Source of the DNA: an uncultured Alphaproteobacteria bacterium | GTDB taxonomy: Bacteria > Pseudomonadota > Alphaproteobacteria > HIMB59 | DNA length: 64,000 nucleotides | Assembly: GCA_902542505.1 (NCBI GenBank) | Contig: CACBUI010000001.1 | Coordinates: forward strand, 83 to 64,082 | Reading direction: 5' to 3' | Part shown: piece by piece, positions 1 to 10,406 of the stretch | How the letters are laid out: each line of letters starts with the position of its first letter | Position numbering within the stretch: position 1 is the stretch's first letter | Position numbers and translations under genes: made by a program | Notes under the pieces: generated by a model | What the model was told of the DNA's origin: nothing | What the model saw: only the letters and a program-made list of their open reading frames with translations | The model's database searches: none

Positions 1-901
1 TTTCGTCACATTTATTCAAAAAAGTAAACTTCAAAGAGTTTTTAATATCTTTAATAATTTTATAATTTTCTGCCCACATTATTACAGTTCTAGGGCTCAT
101 GATAATAGATATATCTTTCTGTTCAAAACCTTTTCTTGTTAAATTTGCCATTTGAACCATAGAAGCTATTATTTTCTTCTCTTCATTGTTTGCAGAAACT
201 TTTTTTGAAATAATTTCTATTTCTTTATCCTCATCAAGGTAGTTTAATTTTGCAACTATATTCCATCTATCCATTTGACCTTGATTGATCTGATTTGTTC
301 CATGATAAATCCCAGAGGTATCCCCAAGACCTACTGTGTTAGCAGTAGCAAATAGCCTAAAATAAGGATGAGGTGATAGAACTTTACTTTGGTCAAGAAG
401 AGTTAACTTTCCCTCAGCTTCAAGTATTCTTTGAATAACAAACATTACATCTGGTCGACCTGCATCGTATTCGTCAAAAACTAAAGAAACGTTATTTTGA
501 AACGCCCAAGGAAGGATACCTTCCTGAAATTCTGTTACTTGTTTATTATCTTTTAAAACTATTGCATCTTTTCCAATAAGATCGATTCTCGATACATGAC
601 TATCTAAGTTAACTCTTATGCAAGGCCAGTTTAATCTTGCACAAACTTGTTCAATATGAGAGGACTTTCCAGTTCCATGTAAACCTTGTAAGAAAACTCG
701 TTTATTGAATTTTAGACCAAGCAAAATAGCAATCGTTGTACTTTCATCAAATACGTAGTTTGTATCTAATTTAGGGCAATATTCACTAGCTTCATTAAAT
801 TTTGGAACTTTTATGTCTGTTTGAATGCCAAAGACTTCTTTGGATGATACATCAGAAATTTGTAAATTATCCTTTTTTTTAAGAGCCTCGATTTTATTCA
901 T
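1..901 (-). CDS. cobS: Cobaltochelatase subunit CobS (AAA+ ATPase), runs off the window's left edge
   Basis: Manual translation from ATG at 901 (ATGA overlap with the upstream J-domain gene): MNKIEAL...QGLHGTGKSSHIEQVCARLNWPCIRVNLDSHVSRIDLIGKD...FDEYDAGRPDVMFVIQRILE; Walker A/B and CobS signatures. Not in the ORF track. Confidence 0.92.
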   Translation of the reverse strand, partial: MNKIEALKKKDNLQISDVSSKEVFGIQTDIKVPKFNEASEYCPKLDTNYVFDESTTIAILLGLKFNKRVFLQGLHGTGKSSHIEQVCARLNWPCIRVNLDSHVSRIDLIGKDAIVLKDNKQVTEFQEGILPWAFQNNVSLVFDEYDAGRPDVMFVIQRILEAEGKLTLLDQSKVLSPHPYFRLFATANTVGLGDTSGIYHGTNQINQGQMDRWNIVAKLNYLDEDKEIEIISKKVSANNEEKKIIASMVQMANLTRKGFEQKDISIIMSPRTVIMWAENYKIIKDIKNSLKFTFLNKCDE

Positions 902-1407
902 TTTTTGTATCTTTCAATTAAGTAGTTATATGCTTCTACTATTTCTCTAAATTTATCAATAACTTTTTTACTATCACCCTTTACATCTGGATGATGCTCT
1001 TTGACTAGTTCTTTATAGCTTTTCTTTATCAATTTTAAGTCTGTATTTATATCTAATTTTAAAATACTGAGGGATTTTAACAATTTATTTGATTGAGGCT
1101 GAAATCCAGCAGGGTTATCAAATGTGCCCATATCCTCACCATTGATCGTAAAATTATAAAACTTTTTCCCCGATCCAAAAGAGCTTGTGGGTCTTCTCCA
1201 GATGGTGTCAAAACGAATGTCATTTTCAATTTCATTTGCATCCATTTTCTTATGGTAATTCCACTTTTTATTAAACTCTTTAATATGTTCAATACAAAAC
1301 CACTGATAATTACCTAAATTATCATAGTCTAAAGGTGCTTTATAAACACCTTCCTCTGTACAATTTGGATGATTGCATAAATTTTCTATTTTATTTTTTT
1401 TATTCAT
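898..1407 (-). CDS. J-domain (DnaJ-like) protein with N-terminal Cys/His motif
   Basis: C-terminal J domain with HPD (EHHPDVKG); N-terminal CNHPNC...WFCIEH...WNY typical of the alphaproteobacterial J protein next to cobS and bolA. Confidence 0.85.
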   Translation of the reverse strand: MNKKNKIENLCNHPNCTEEGVYKAPLDYDNLGNYQWFCIEHIKEFNKKWNYHKKMDANEIENDIRFDTIWRRPTSSFGSGKKFYNFTINGEDMGTFDNPAGFQPQSNKLLKSLSILKLDINTDLKLIKKSYKELVKEHHPDVKGDSKKVIDKFREIVEAYNYLIERYKK

Positions 1408-1420
1408 TTAAGATTTAATT

Positions 1421-1678
1421 ATGAATTTAAATAATATTAAAATCCTTTTACAAGATATTAATGAATTTGAAATTTTAAAAATTATTGATAATAGTGAAAA
1501 ACATAAGCGACATGCTGGTGTTGAAAATACGTATGCCATTTTAACTCATGTTGAAATCAGAATATTGAATAAAAATAATCTGAAGAAAATAGATATTCAT
1601 AGAACTATACATGAAAAATTAGAACCGGTTTTTAAATCTGGCCTACACTCTCTAGAAATAAAAATATCAAATAGATAA
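1421..1678 (+). CDS. bolA: BolA family protein
   Basis: DNSEKHKRHAG...IHRTIHEKL...GLHSLEI motifs; divergent from the J-domain gene as usual. Confidence 0.8.
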   Translation: MNLNNIKILLQDINEFEILKIIDNSEKHKRHAGVENTYAILTHVEIRILNKNNLKKIDIHRTIHEKLEPVFKSGLHSLEIKISNR

Positions 1679-2911
1679 CTTAACCTTATTAATTTTATTA
1701 ATTGATCTAGAGATAATTTGCAATTTCACATCCTCAATAAAGAAAACCTTTCCAACTTTAGGAATTTCTTTTGCTAAATCATGAATTAAGCCTGATAATG
1801 TTACAAACTGATCAGGTAAGTTAATATCTAGGCTTCTATTAATTTCTCTTACACTAGCATTTCCATTAAATAAATAATTATTAGAGTCAATTTTCTCTAG
1901 ATATGTTTCGTCAGTGTCAGTTTCATCAAAAATTTCACCAATTATTTCTTCAATAATATCCTCTAATGTAATTAAGCCTTGTATTTCTCCATATTCATCT
2001 ACTATTAAAGCCATATGCTCTCTAGAAGATTTAAAATCAATAAGTTGTTTCATCGCAAGTTTGTTTTGGGGGATAAAAACAGGCTGAAAAGTATTTCTTT
2101 CAATACTTTCATTTGACTCCTCTAAAGAGGAGTCTTTTAAAAAATCTCTGATATCTATAATACCAACCAGATTATTAAAATTTCCATTAATAACAGGTAT
2201 TCTTGTGAATGTTGATGAACTTATTGCTTTAAAATTTTGTTTATAGGGATCATCCAGGTTAATGAATAGAATTTCATTTCTGTGAGTCATTAGCTCATCA
2301 ACTTTTAATTTTTTTAACTCAAGAATATTACTCATATAATCAGCCTCATACTCACCATCTTTTGAGTATTGTTTTTGTAGTTGAACAGCTCCTTCAAACT
2401 CCTCTTCTATAATTTTTGATTGGTCTGCATTTAAATTTAATCCAATCAATTTAATAATTTTGTTAGAAACTTTGTTAATAAGATTTACAATTGGTTTAAT
2501 TAATTTTGTGTAAAAGTAAAAAAACTTAGAAACTTTTAGTGCAAAAGTCATCGGTTTGTTAATTGCAAAAATTTTGGGAGTAACTTCAGAAAATATAACA
2601 ATCATTAATGTCATAAAAATTGTAGCAACGGAAACTCCTAAACCGCCAAATTCTGAAACAAGTAATTCTGTCATTAAAGCTGTAGCTAAAATATTAAATA
2701 GGTTATTAGCAAGTAAGATTCCCGTAATAAATTCATCTTTGAATTCTTTAATTTTTAAAATGAAATTCGCATTTTTAGCTCCTTTCTCATTTTGTCTATG
2801 AGCTCGCTGTTTCGATACTGCAGTTAAAGCAGTTTCCGAACCAGAGGAAAGTGCTGATAATAAGAGTAATAAAATTATCGCTAAAATTTTTATAATAACA
2901 ATTAAAGTCAT
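1667..2911 (-). CDS. HlyC/CorC (CNNM + CBS) family membrane transporter
   Basis: SGSETALT, ILLANNLFN, FSEVTPK, CBS pair, VDEYGEIQGLITLEDIIEEIIGEIFDE. Confidence 0.9.
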   Translation of the reverse strand: MTLIVIIKILAIILLLLLSALSSGSETALTAVSKQRAHRQNEKGAKNANFILKIKEFKDEFITGILLANNLFNILATALMTELLVSEFGGLGVSVATIFMTLMIVIFSEVTPKIFAINKPMTFALKVSKFFYFYTKLIKPIVNLINKVSNKIIKLIGLNLNADQSKIIEEEFEGAVQLQKQYSKDGEYEADYMSNILELKKLKVDELMTHRNEILFINLDDPYKQNFKAISSSTFTRIPVINGNFNNLVGIIDIRDFLKDSSLEESNESIERNTFQPVFIPQNKLAMKQLIDFKSSREHMALIVDEYGEIQGLITLEDIIEEIIGEIFDETDTDETYLEKIDSNNYLFNGNASVREINRSLDINLPDQFVTLSGLIHDLAKEIPKVGKVFFIEDVKLQIISRSINKINKVKLSI

Positions 2912-3963
2912 TATTTTATTTGATTAAGAATAGATTTAAGATCTCTAATTGAAATCTTTTTAATAAAACCTCCATTTTTTCCAATGAGAACAATATTAAC
3001 ATCTTCGTTTATAACTTTTTTATCAAATGTAATTTTTTTTATTAAAGATGGAATAGTATTTTTATTTACATATTTGCCGTAGTTAATAGGTAAATTGTAT
3101 TTTTTTAAAATTTCAATTAAACTATCAACTTTTTTAGGATAGTAATTTAATAAACTAGAAATTTTTAATTCTAAAATCATTCCTAAAGATATCGCCTCTC
3201 CATGTTTTAGATTGCCTTTATAAAAATTTGAATTTTCAATAGCATGACCAATAGTGTGTCCAAAATTTAGAATTGCTCTAGAGTTTTTAGTTTTTAATTT
3301 TTCTCTAAAATCACTGATATATTTTAATTTTGAGATAATTGAGAGTTTAATAATTTTATTCATGTCATCCTTGGATCTCTTAACAAGAAGCTTATGAAGT
3401 TGTTTTGAATGAATAAGGCTATATTTTATTATTTCTGCATATCCACATGCAATTTCCCTTTTTGGTAAACTTTTTAGAAAATCTGAACATATAAATACTT
3501 TTTTTGGTAGATAAAAGGTTCCAATTAAATTTTTACCAAATTTGCTATTAATCCCTGTCTTACCACCAATTGAACTATCTACCATTGCTAAAAGAGAGGT
3601 AGGTATCATTACGTGCTCAACACCTCTTAATATAGTGGATGCTAAAAAGCCAGAAAGGTCTCCTAGTGTTCCACCACCAAAAGAGTAAATTATAGTTTTA
3701 CGTTGAACTCCTGATTTAATTATTTTCTCAATTAAAGACGAATAGTTCTGAATATTTTTAATTTTCTCATGGCCCTTAATAGCAAAACATCTTTTAGGAA
3801 ATTTTTTTAAAAGTTTTTTAATTAACGTATTTTTTACAATATTACTATCAAATATTAAAATATCAAGATTTGAAATATTATTAATTATTTTTTTTTCTAA
3901 TTGAGATATTTTTAAAAATTCAATTTCATGTATGCGTTTATCAATTATCTTTCTTATCTTCAT
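2911..3963 (-). CDS. aroB: 3-dehydroquinate synthase
   Basis: GGGTLGDLSGF, PTSLLAMVDSSIGGKTGIN, LNFGHTIGHAIE, HGEA. Confidence 0.95.
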   Translation of the reverse strand: MKIRKIIDKRIHEIEFLKISQLEKKIINNISNLDILIFDSNIVKNTLIKKLLKKFPKRCFAIKGHEKIKNIQNYSSLIEKIIKSGVQRKTIIYSFGGGTLGDLSGFLASTILRGVEHVMIPTSLLAMVDSSIGGKTGINSKFGKNLIGTFYLPKKVFICSDFLKSLPKREIACGYAEIIKYSLIHSKQLHKLLVKRSKDDMNKIIKLSIISKLKYISDFREKLKTKNSRAILNFGHTIGHAIENSNFYKGNLKHGEAISLGMILELKISSLLNYYPKKVDSLIEILKKYNLPINYGKYVNKNTIPSLIKKITFDKKVINEDVNIVLIGKNGGFIKKISIRDLKSILNQIK

Positions 3964-4466
3964 TAGTTTAAATGTTCTAATATAGTCTTAATAGTTTTTT
4001 GAGTATTACTGGTTGCATTAATTGTAAAATCAGAAGTTTCATTGTAAATTTCTTTTCTATCATTGAAAAGTATTTTTATATTTTTCTCAACATTATTTTT
4101 TAATAGGGGCCTATTTTTATTTCTAGAAGTTCTTTTAATTAAAGTTTCTAAATCACATTTCAAATATATATTGAATGTTTGCTTTAAAAGGTCTTTATTT
4201 TTTAAAATTATCCCTCCACCAGTAGAAACAACAATTTTTTTCTTCAAAATCAATTTTTTGAATATCGATCTCTCTAATTTTCTAAAATGCTCTTCACCCT
4301 CTTTGTCAAATATGTCCTTTATTTTCGATTGACTTTCTATTTCAATTTGTTCGTCAGTATCATAAAAATCAAATTTTAAGTTATCAGATAATGCCCGACC
4401 AATTGTAGATTTTCCTGAGCCTGGCATACCAATCACACATATTTTTTCAAATTTTTTTTTCACCAT
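3963..4466 (-). CDS. aroK: Shikimate kinase
   Basis: GMPGSGKST P-loop, EGEEHFRKLE, STGGG, RPLL; upstream of aroB. Confidence 0.95.
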   Translation of the reverse strand: MVKKKFEKICVIGMPGSGKSTIGRALSDNLKFDFYDTDEQIEIESQSKIKDIFDKEGEEHFRKLERSIFKKLILKKKIVVSTGGGIILKNKDLLKQTFNIYLKCDLETLIKRTSRNKNRPLLKNNVEKNIKILFNDRKEIYNETSDFTINATSNTQKTIKTILEHLN

Positions 4467-4520
4467 TGTTATTTGATATGTTTTAAATATATAATATGAA
4501 AAACCAATAAATTAATAATT

Positions 4521-4652
4521 ATGAGAAAAATAGCAATACTATCAGTGATTATTGTACTAATTTTATTAGGTTTTGTTTTAATTAACTCCATAAAAATACC
4601 TGCACCAACAAAAGAAAAGGTATATGACATTCCAATAGATCAGTTCACATGA
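4521..4652 (+). CDS. Small single-pass membrane protein (43 aa)
   Basis: Manual translation MRKIAILSVIIVLILLGFVLINSIKIPAPTKEKVYDIPIDQFT*; its stop overlaps the next ATG (ATGA 4649-4652). Too short for the ORF track. Confidence 0.7.
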   Translation: MRKIAILSVIIVLILLGFVLINSIKIPAPTKEKVYDIPIDQFT

Positions 4653-6106
4653 AATATCTCATTTTTTTTTTGTTAATAACAGTTCTTCCATTAAAGGCAG
4701 ATGAAGTTAATGAGGAAATAATATTTCAAGAAAAATCATTTTCACAAAATAATATCATTTCGTCAATTAAATCAGAAGAAACTCTTCTAAAACTTATAAA
4801 CTCCACAGAAGACAATAATAATTTTTTTTACTCATTATTTGATCCCCTAACAAACAATATTATTTATCCTGAATATTCAAATGAAAATGATTTTTTTTTC
4901 GAAAAAATAAATCTATTCAATAAAAAAAACTACAGATACCAAATCAATTCAAATTTGTTTGAAAAAGTTATTTTTGAAGAATTCCAAAACCCAAATAATA
5001 ATGAAACATATTTAGCTTACTTATACGACTCAAATCAAATAGATGAATTGTGTCGATATTTATTTGAATTGGATAACAATCAAAAAAAATTTGATGATAT
5101 TTTGGTCTATAATATCTTATGTTTAATCAAAGATAATCAATTTGAACAAATTGATTTTATAATTGAAATTTATGATCAAAAAGAGTTTGATAAATTAAAC
5201 ACGAAATTTTTGTTAGACTTTCTCAAAAATAATATAATTGAAATCAATTACAACTTAAGTGAATTAGGTTTAATTGATAAATATGTCGCTTTGATTTCCG
5301 ATAATATAAATGTCAACGTAGATGAAATTAATAATGCTCTTGAATTAGAAATATATCTTAAATCAAATACAATAGATCTTTATCAAATAAATTACCTTTT
5401 TAAAAATAGAGTCATAAACAAATCACAATATTTGTCTATGTTGGAAATGCTAGATGTTAAACCTAAAGAATTATCTATGTATGAAGAAATGCAAAAAAAT
5501 ATTAACTATAATAAAAAACTTGAAATTTTAGAGAGCTATATTTCTTTATTACAATTAGATTTATATGATGTATCCAGATTAGTTAATGACCAATTCAGTG
5601 AAATGAGAATTACCTCAAGAAACTTGAATTACATTAATGGTTTAATGCTTTTATCACTTTATGAAAATTCAAGTTTTTTAGAAAATTTATTAATTTTATT
5701 GAAAGATGTCCCCTACGGTGTAATTGAAAACAATGATATAGCAACAGCTTTAAAGAACTATTTAATTAAAAACTTCGACAATAAATACTATGCAGATAAC
5801 AATCAGAATATAGATAGTCCTTTGATGAAATTTTTATTTTTGAATAGAAATATTAATTTTATAGAGAGTGAAAATCTAAAAATAACAGAGACAGATACAA
5901 TTTCAGTTAATCCTGTGTATTTGGCAAGTTTAGCTGAAAATTTAAATCTGATTGACTCATATATATACTATGTCAATTTAAGTGAAAAATTTTATTCGAT
6001 AAATGAATTTGATATATACTTCTTAAATAATTATATCATAGACAATGAATATTTAAAAAATGAATTGATAAAATTAGCTTTTAGAGCACATTTGATTAAT
6101 TTATGA
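4649..6106 (+). CDS. Hypothetical exported protein (485 aa, Asn/Ile/Glu-rich)
   Basis: Long ORF with signal peptide (MKYLIFFLLITVLPLKA), coupled by ATGA overlaps on both sides. Confidence 0.7.
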   Translation: MKYLIFFLLITVLPLKADEVNEEIIFQEKSFSQNNIISSIKSEETLLKLINSTEDNNNFFYSLFDPLTNNIIYPEYSNENDFFFEKINLFNKKNYRYQINSNLFEKVIFEEFQNPNNNETYLAYLYDSNQIDELCRYLFELDNNQKKFDDILVYNILCLIKDNQFEQIDFIIEIYDQKEFDKLNTKFLLDFLKNNIIEINYNLSELGLIDKYVALISDNINVNVDEINNALELEIYLKSNTIDLYQINYLFKNRVINKSQYLSMLEMLDVKPKELSMYEEMQKNINYNKKLEILESYISLLQLDLYDVSRLVNDQFSEMRITSRNLNYINGLMLLSLYENSSFLENLLILLKDVPYGVIENNDIATALKNYLIKNFDNKYYADNNQNIDSPLMKFLFLNRNINFIESENLKITETDTISVNPVYLASLAENLNLIDSYIYYVNLSEKFYSINEFDIYFLNNYIIDNEYLKNELIKLAFRAHLINL

Positions 6107-6960
6107 AATATGAAAAATATATAGATTTATATACACAATTTTTAATTTCTGAAAAAAATCTATCAAGAATCTCTGTAAATAATTATTTAGTTGATCTAGA
6201 ACAATTTTTTTTTACTGAAGATACAAAAGTTAGCGATCTTAATGTTAAGATTAAATCTTATATTGTTAATTTAAGAAAAAAAAATTTGAAAACATCTAGT
6301 ATTAATAGAAAAATTTCAGCTTTAAAAAATTTTTTGAAATTTCTACATTCTGAAAAAATTATTGAAAAAATTGACTTTCAAGAATTCGAAAGCCTATCAA
6401 ATTTAAAAAAAATTCCTAAGGCCATATCAAAGGTACAAATGGAGCAAATATTCACGAATTTGTATAATTCAAAACAGACAAATAAAGAGCTTTATATTTT
6501 AGTACTAAAATTAATTTATTTATCAGGTTTAAGAATATCAGAAGCACTGAATTTAAAATGGTCTGATATTAACTATCAAGATAATTCTATTTATGTTTAT
6601 GGAAAAGGCTCTAAAGAGAGAAAAGTCTATATTATAAAAGATTTTTTAGGCTATTTGATAAATCTAGATAAAAAAAATCAATTTGTTTTTACTCTAAATA
6701 GTAAAAAGATTTCTGCTAGATCAGTTAATAAATTCCTTGAAAATTGTTATAACGACTCAATAATAAAAGATAAATTGTCTTCTCATGTTTTTAGACACTC
6801 ATTTGCTACTACAATGTTAGAAAATAACGCTGATATTAGGCACATACAAAAACTATTAGGTCACTCAAGTATTTCAACCACAGAAATTTATACTAAAGTC
6901 GCAAAGTCAATGAAAAAGAGAGTTTTAGACTCTTATCATCCACTCAAAAATAAATTATAG
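6103..6960 (+). CDS. xerD: Site-specific tyrosine recombinase XerD
   Basis: GLRISE, GKGSKER, HVFRHSFAT, LLGHSSISTTEIY catalytic residues; xerD-accA synteny of Alphaproteobacteria. Confidence 0.85.
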   Translation: MKYEKYIDLYTQFLISEKNLSRISVNNYLVDLEQFFFTEDTKVSDLNVKIKSYIVNLRKKNLKTSSINRKISALKNFLKFLHSEKIIEKIDFQEFESLSNLKKIPKAISKVQMEQIFTNLYNSKQTNKELYILVLKLIYLSGLRISEALNLKWSDINYQDNSIYVYGKGSKERKVYIIKDFLGYLINLDKKNQFVFTLNSKKISARSVNKFLENCYNDSIIKDKLSSHVFRHSFATTMLENNADIRHIQKLLGHSSISTTEIYTKVAKSMKKRVLDSYHPLKNKL

Positions 6961-6968
6961 TCCTAAAA

Positions 6969-7910
6969 ATGTTTTACTTAGATTTTGAAGAAAAATTGGA
7001 AAAATTTGATATGGAAATACAATCTTTAATCAAGCTTTCAAAAGAAAAAGATATAGATGTAGATGGTAAAATTAGAGATATTGAGAAAAAAAAACAAACA
7101 GAGTTGAACAGAATTTACTCTAATTTATCTCCATGGCAAATTGTGAAACTTGCAAGACATCCAAACAGGCCTAAAACAAAAAGTTTTATAAATAGTATTT
7201 TTACACACTTTACACCTCTTTATGGCGATAGACTTTATTCCGAAGATAATGCCATTATATCAGGTTTTGCATTTTTAGATAACTTACCTGTCATCATACT
7301 CGGTACTGAAAAGGGTAATGATATGAATACTAGATTAAAGCATAATTTTGGTATGGCAAAACCTGAAGGTTATAGAAAATCTCAAAGAATTATGAAATTA
7401 GCCTCAAAATTAAATTTACCTTTAATTTGTTTTGTAGATACATCTGGAGCTTACCCTGGCAAGGACGCCGAGGAAAGAGGTCAAGCTGAGGCAATAGCTC
7501 AATCAATGAAAGTATCTCTAAATTGTGAAACACCATGTATTTCAATAGTCATAGGTGAGGGAGGGTCAGGTGGAGCAATTGCTCTAGCTACGAGCGATAT
7601 TGTCATAATGTTAAGTAATTCCATTTACTCTGTTATTTCTCCTGAAGGTTGCTCCTCAATACTATGGAAATCCTCTGATTTTGCTGAGGCAGCATCAAAT
7701 TCTCTTAAAATGACAGCAAAAGATTGCCTAGAATTAAAAATTATTGACCGAATTATCGAAGAGCCAGTTGGAGGAGCCCATAGGCATTTCGAAAAGGTTT
7801 CAAATGAACTTAAAGTTACTTTGATAAAAAGTATAGAGGATCTTAAATTATTATCAAAAGATGAATTGATAAAGAAAAGAAATAATCGATATTTAAATTA
7901 TATTGTTTGA
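6969..7910 (+). CDS. accA: Acetyl-CoA carboxylase carboxyltransferase alpha subunit
   Basis: YLDFE, ARHPNRP, PEGYRK, DTSGAYPG, GEGGSGGA, YSVISPEG. Confidence 0.97.
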   Translation: MFYLDFEEKLEKFDMEIQSLIKLSKEKDIDVDGKIRDIEKKKQTELNRIYSNLSPWQIVKLARHPNRPKTKSFINSIFTHFTPLYGDRLYSEDNAIISGFAFLDNLPVIILGTEKGNDMNTRLKHNFGMAKPEGYRKSQRIMKLASKLNLPLICFVDTSGAYPGKDAEERGQAEAIAQSMKVSLNCETPCISIVIGEGGSGGAIALATSDIVIMLSNSIYSVISPEGCSSILWKSSDFAEAASNSLKMTAKDCLELKIIDRIIEEPVGGAHRHFEKVSNELKVTLIKSIEDLKLLSKDELIKKRNNRYLNYIV

Positions 7911-10380
7911 TTAATTACTTCCATGACATTGTTTGTATTTTTTTCCTGATCCACAAGGACAAGGATCATTCCTTCCAATTTTTTTAGCAATGGGTTCAAT
8001 ATTTTTTTCCTCTTGATTTTCACTCTTTTTTTCAACCCTAATATTGTTTAAGACTAAAACCATTTGCTTTTGTATTTCATATATTAGTTGATTGAATGCA
8101 CTCAAAGAAGCTTTACGAAATTCATTAACTGGATCTTTCCCTCCATATCCGCTGAGACTAACAGACATGCGTATATTTGTAAGCTCTTGAATATGGTTAT
8201 GCCAATTTTTATCTAAAATAGAAAGGCTTACTTGTCTTAGTATAAAAATATAAGCATTTGTATGTTTTGCATAATTTTCATCTTTAATTTTTTTAAATGA
8301 AGACAGATAATGGTCTTTATTACCATTTTCTTCTGGTTTAATGAAAGACAACAAGTCCGAGAAATTCTTAATTTCTTCTTTTTCACTTTCTAACAAATTA
8401 GATATAAACTCATCCTCAGTTTCTTGAATAAAATTTATTATATCTTCATTAATAATAGTTTCTCTTTTGGAGTAAATTATATTTCTTTGTTTATCAATAA
8501 TATTATCAAACTCTAATAATTGTTTCCTAATGTCAAAATTATGACCCTCAACTCTTTTTTGTGCTCTTTCTATTGATGAAGTTAACCATTTATGTTCAAT
8601 AACTTCTCCTTTTTTAAGACCCAATGTTGAAAGCATAGATTGAAGTTTTTCTGATCCAAAAATTCTCATCAGGTCATCTTCTAAAGAGACAAAAAATATA
8701 CTTTGTCCAGGATCTCCCTGTCTTCCAGACCTTCCTCTTAATTGGTTATCTATTCTTCTACTTTCGTGCCTTTCAGTGCCTAAAATACATAACCCACCCA
8801 AATCAATTACTTTTTTGTAATCATTCTCATTAAAATTTTTATCTATTTCTGGATTACCACCTAATCTAATATCGGTACCTCTACCTGCCATATTAGTAGC
8901 AACCGTTACTTGTGACGGTTTGCCTGCTAAAGCAATAATTTCAGCCTCATTCTCATGATTTTTTGCATTTAAAACATTGTGAGGAATATTGTTAGTTTTT
9001 AATATATCTGAAATAAAATTTGATTTTTCAATTGAAGTTGTACCAACTAATATTGGTTGACCTTTTTCATATTTTTCTTTCACTAAGTCTAAAACAGCTT
9101 TGTATTTTTCGTCCGGAGTTTTATAAATTTGATCATTTTGATCAATTCTGACCATAGGTTTATGAGTAGGTATTTCTATTACACTCAAGCCATATATTTC
9201 CAAAAACTCTTCTGACTCAGTAAGAGCAGTACCTGTCATTCCAGATAACTTTTGATATTTTTTAAAATAATTTTGAAAAGTTATACTTGCTAAAGTAATA
9301 CTCTCTTCTTGTATTTTAAGATTCTCTTTGGCTTCCAAAGATTGATGAAGACCCTCACCGAACCTTCTTCCTTCTGATAATCTACCTGAAAACTCATCTA
9401 TGACAATAATTTGACCATCTTTTACAACATAATCTTTGTCTCTTTCATATAAAAAACGTGCTTTAAGTGATTGATTTATGATTTGATAAGCCTCTAAATT
9501 TTCATTATCAAACAAACTATTTCCTTTTAAAAAATTAATTTTTTTTAGGTTGAATTCTATTTTCTTAATACCGCTGTCTATAAGCAAAACATTTTTTCTT
9601 TCTTCATTTATCTCAACATCGCTTTTTAGTAGGTCTTGAGTAATTTCATAGCATAATTTAAAAAGTTTAATGGGAGTCTTCACAGGTCCTGAAATACCTA
9701 AAGGTGACCTTGACTCATCAATTAGTACAGAGTCAGCCTCATCAATTAAAGCTATATGATGCTCATTTTGCATTTTTGGTTGATTGATACCTCTTAAATT
9801 ATCTCTCAGATAATCAAAGCAAAATTCATTATTATTTCCATATACGACATGAGATTTATAGCTACTTACTTTTTCTTCAACAGTTTGGCTGTTTTGAATA
9901 TATGAACAGCTTATGTTTAAGTATTCAAAAATTGGTCCCATCCAAAGAGAGTCTCTTTTCGCTAAATAATCATTAACAGTAATTAAATGAACTTTTTTTA
10001 TTTAAGACATAATTTAATATGATTGGAATTGTTGCGGCAAGTGTTTTGCCTTCTCCAGTTTTCATTTCAGCAACAAATCCATGATAAAGAGCAATACCTC
10101 CAATTATTTGAGAGTCATAATGTCTGAGTTCAATAGTTCTTTTTGATACTTCTCTCAATAGAGCACATACGAAACTTATATCCTCATCTGATAACTCGTC
10201 TTTTTGATTAGAAATATAATTTTGTTTTAAGTTTTCAATTTTATGAGTCATTTCTTCTTTTGGTAAATTTGAAATATCCGCTTCTAATTGATTTATATTA
10301 TTTAAATATTTATCTGAAATTTCTTTAATTAAATTTGAATTTTTTTTTGAGGAAAAAAAATTATTTATTTTTTCGAACAT
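7911..10380 (-). CDS. secA: Preprotein translocase SecA, split by a +1 frameshift at 9993-9999 (ORFs 9973-10380 and 7911-9941)
   Basis: Upstream ORF has MKTGEGKT; downstream frame has [53 protein letters not shown] and the C-terminal [18 protein letters not shown]. Removing one A from the A7 run joins them into about 822 aa. Confidence 0.95.
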
Positions 10381-10406
10381 TTAATTACAAATATACTAAA
10401 TTTATA

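Noticed and set aside
6103-6960. Tyrosine recombinase as a possible phage or island integrase
   Set aside because: Size, motifs and accA synteny match chromosomal XerD; no att repeats or cargo.
7911-10380. secA as a true pseudogene
   Set aside because: Only one lesion, in a homopolymer; all motifs are intact and the gene is essential.
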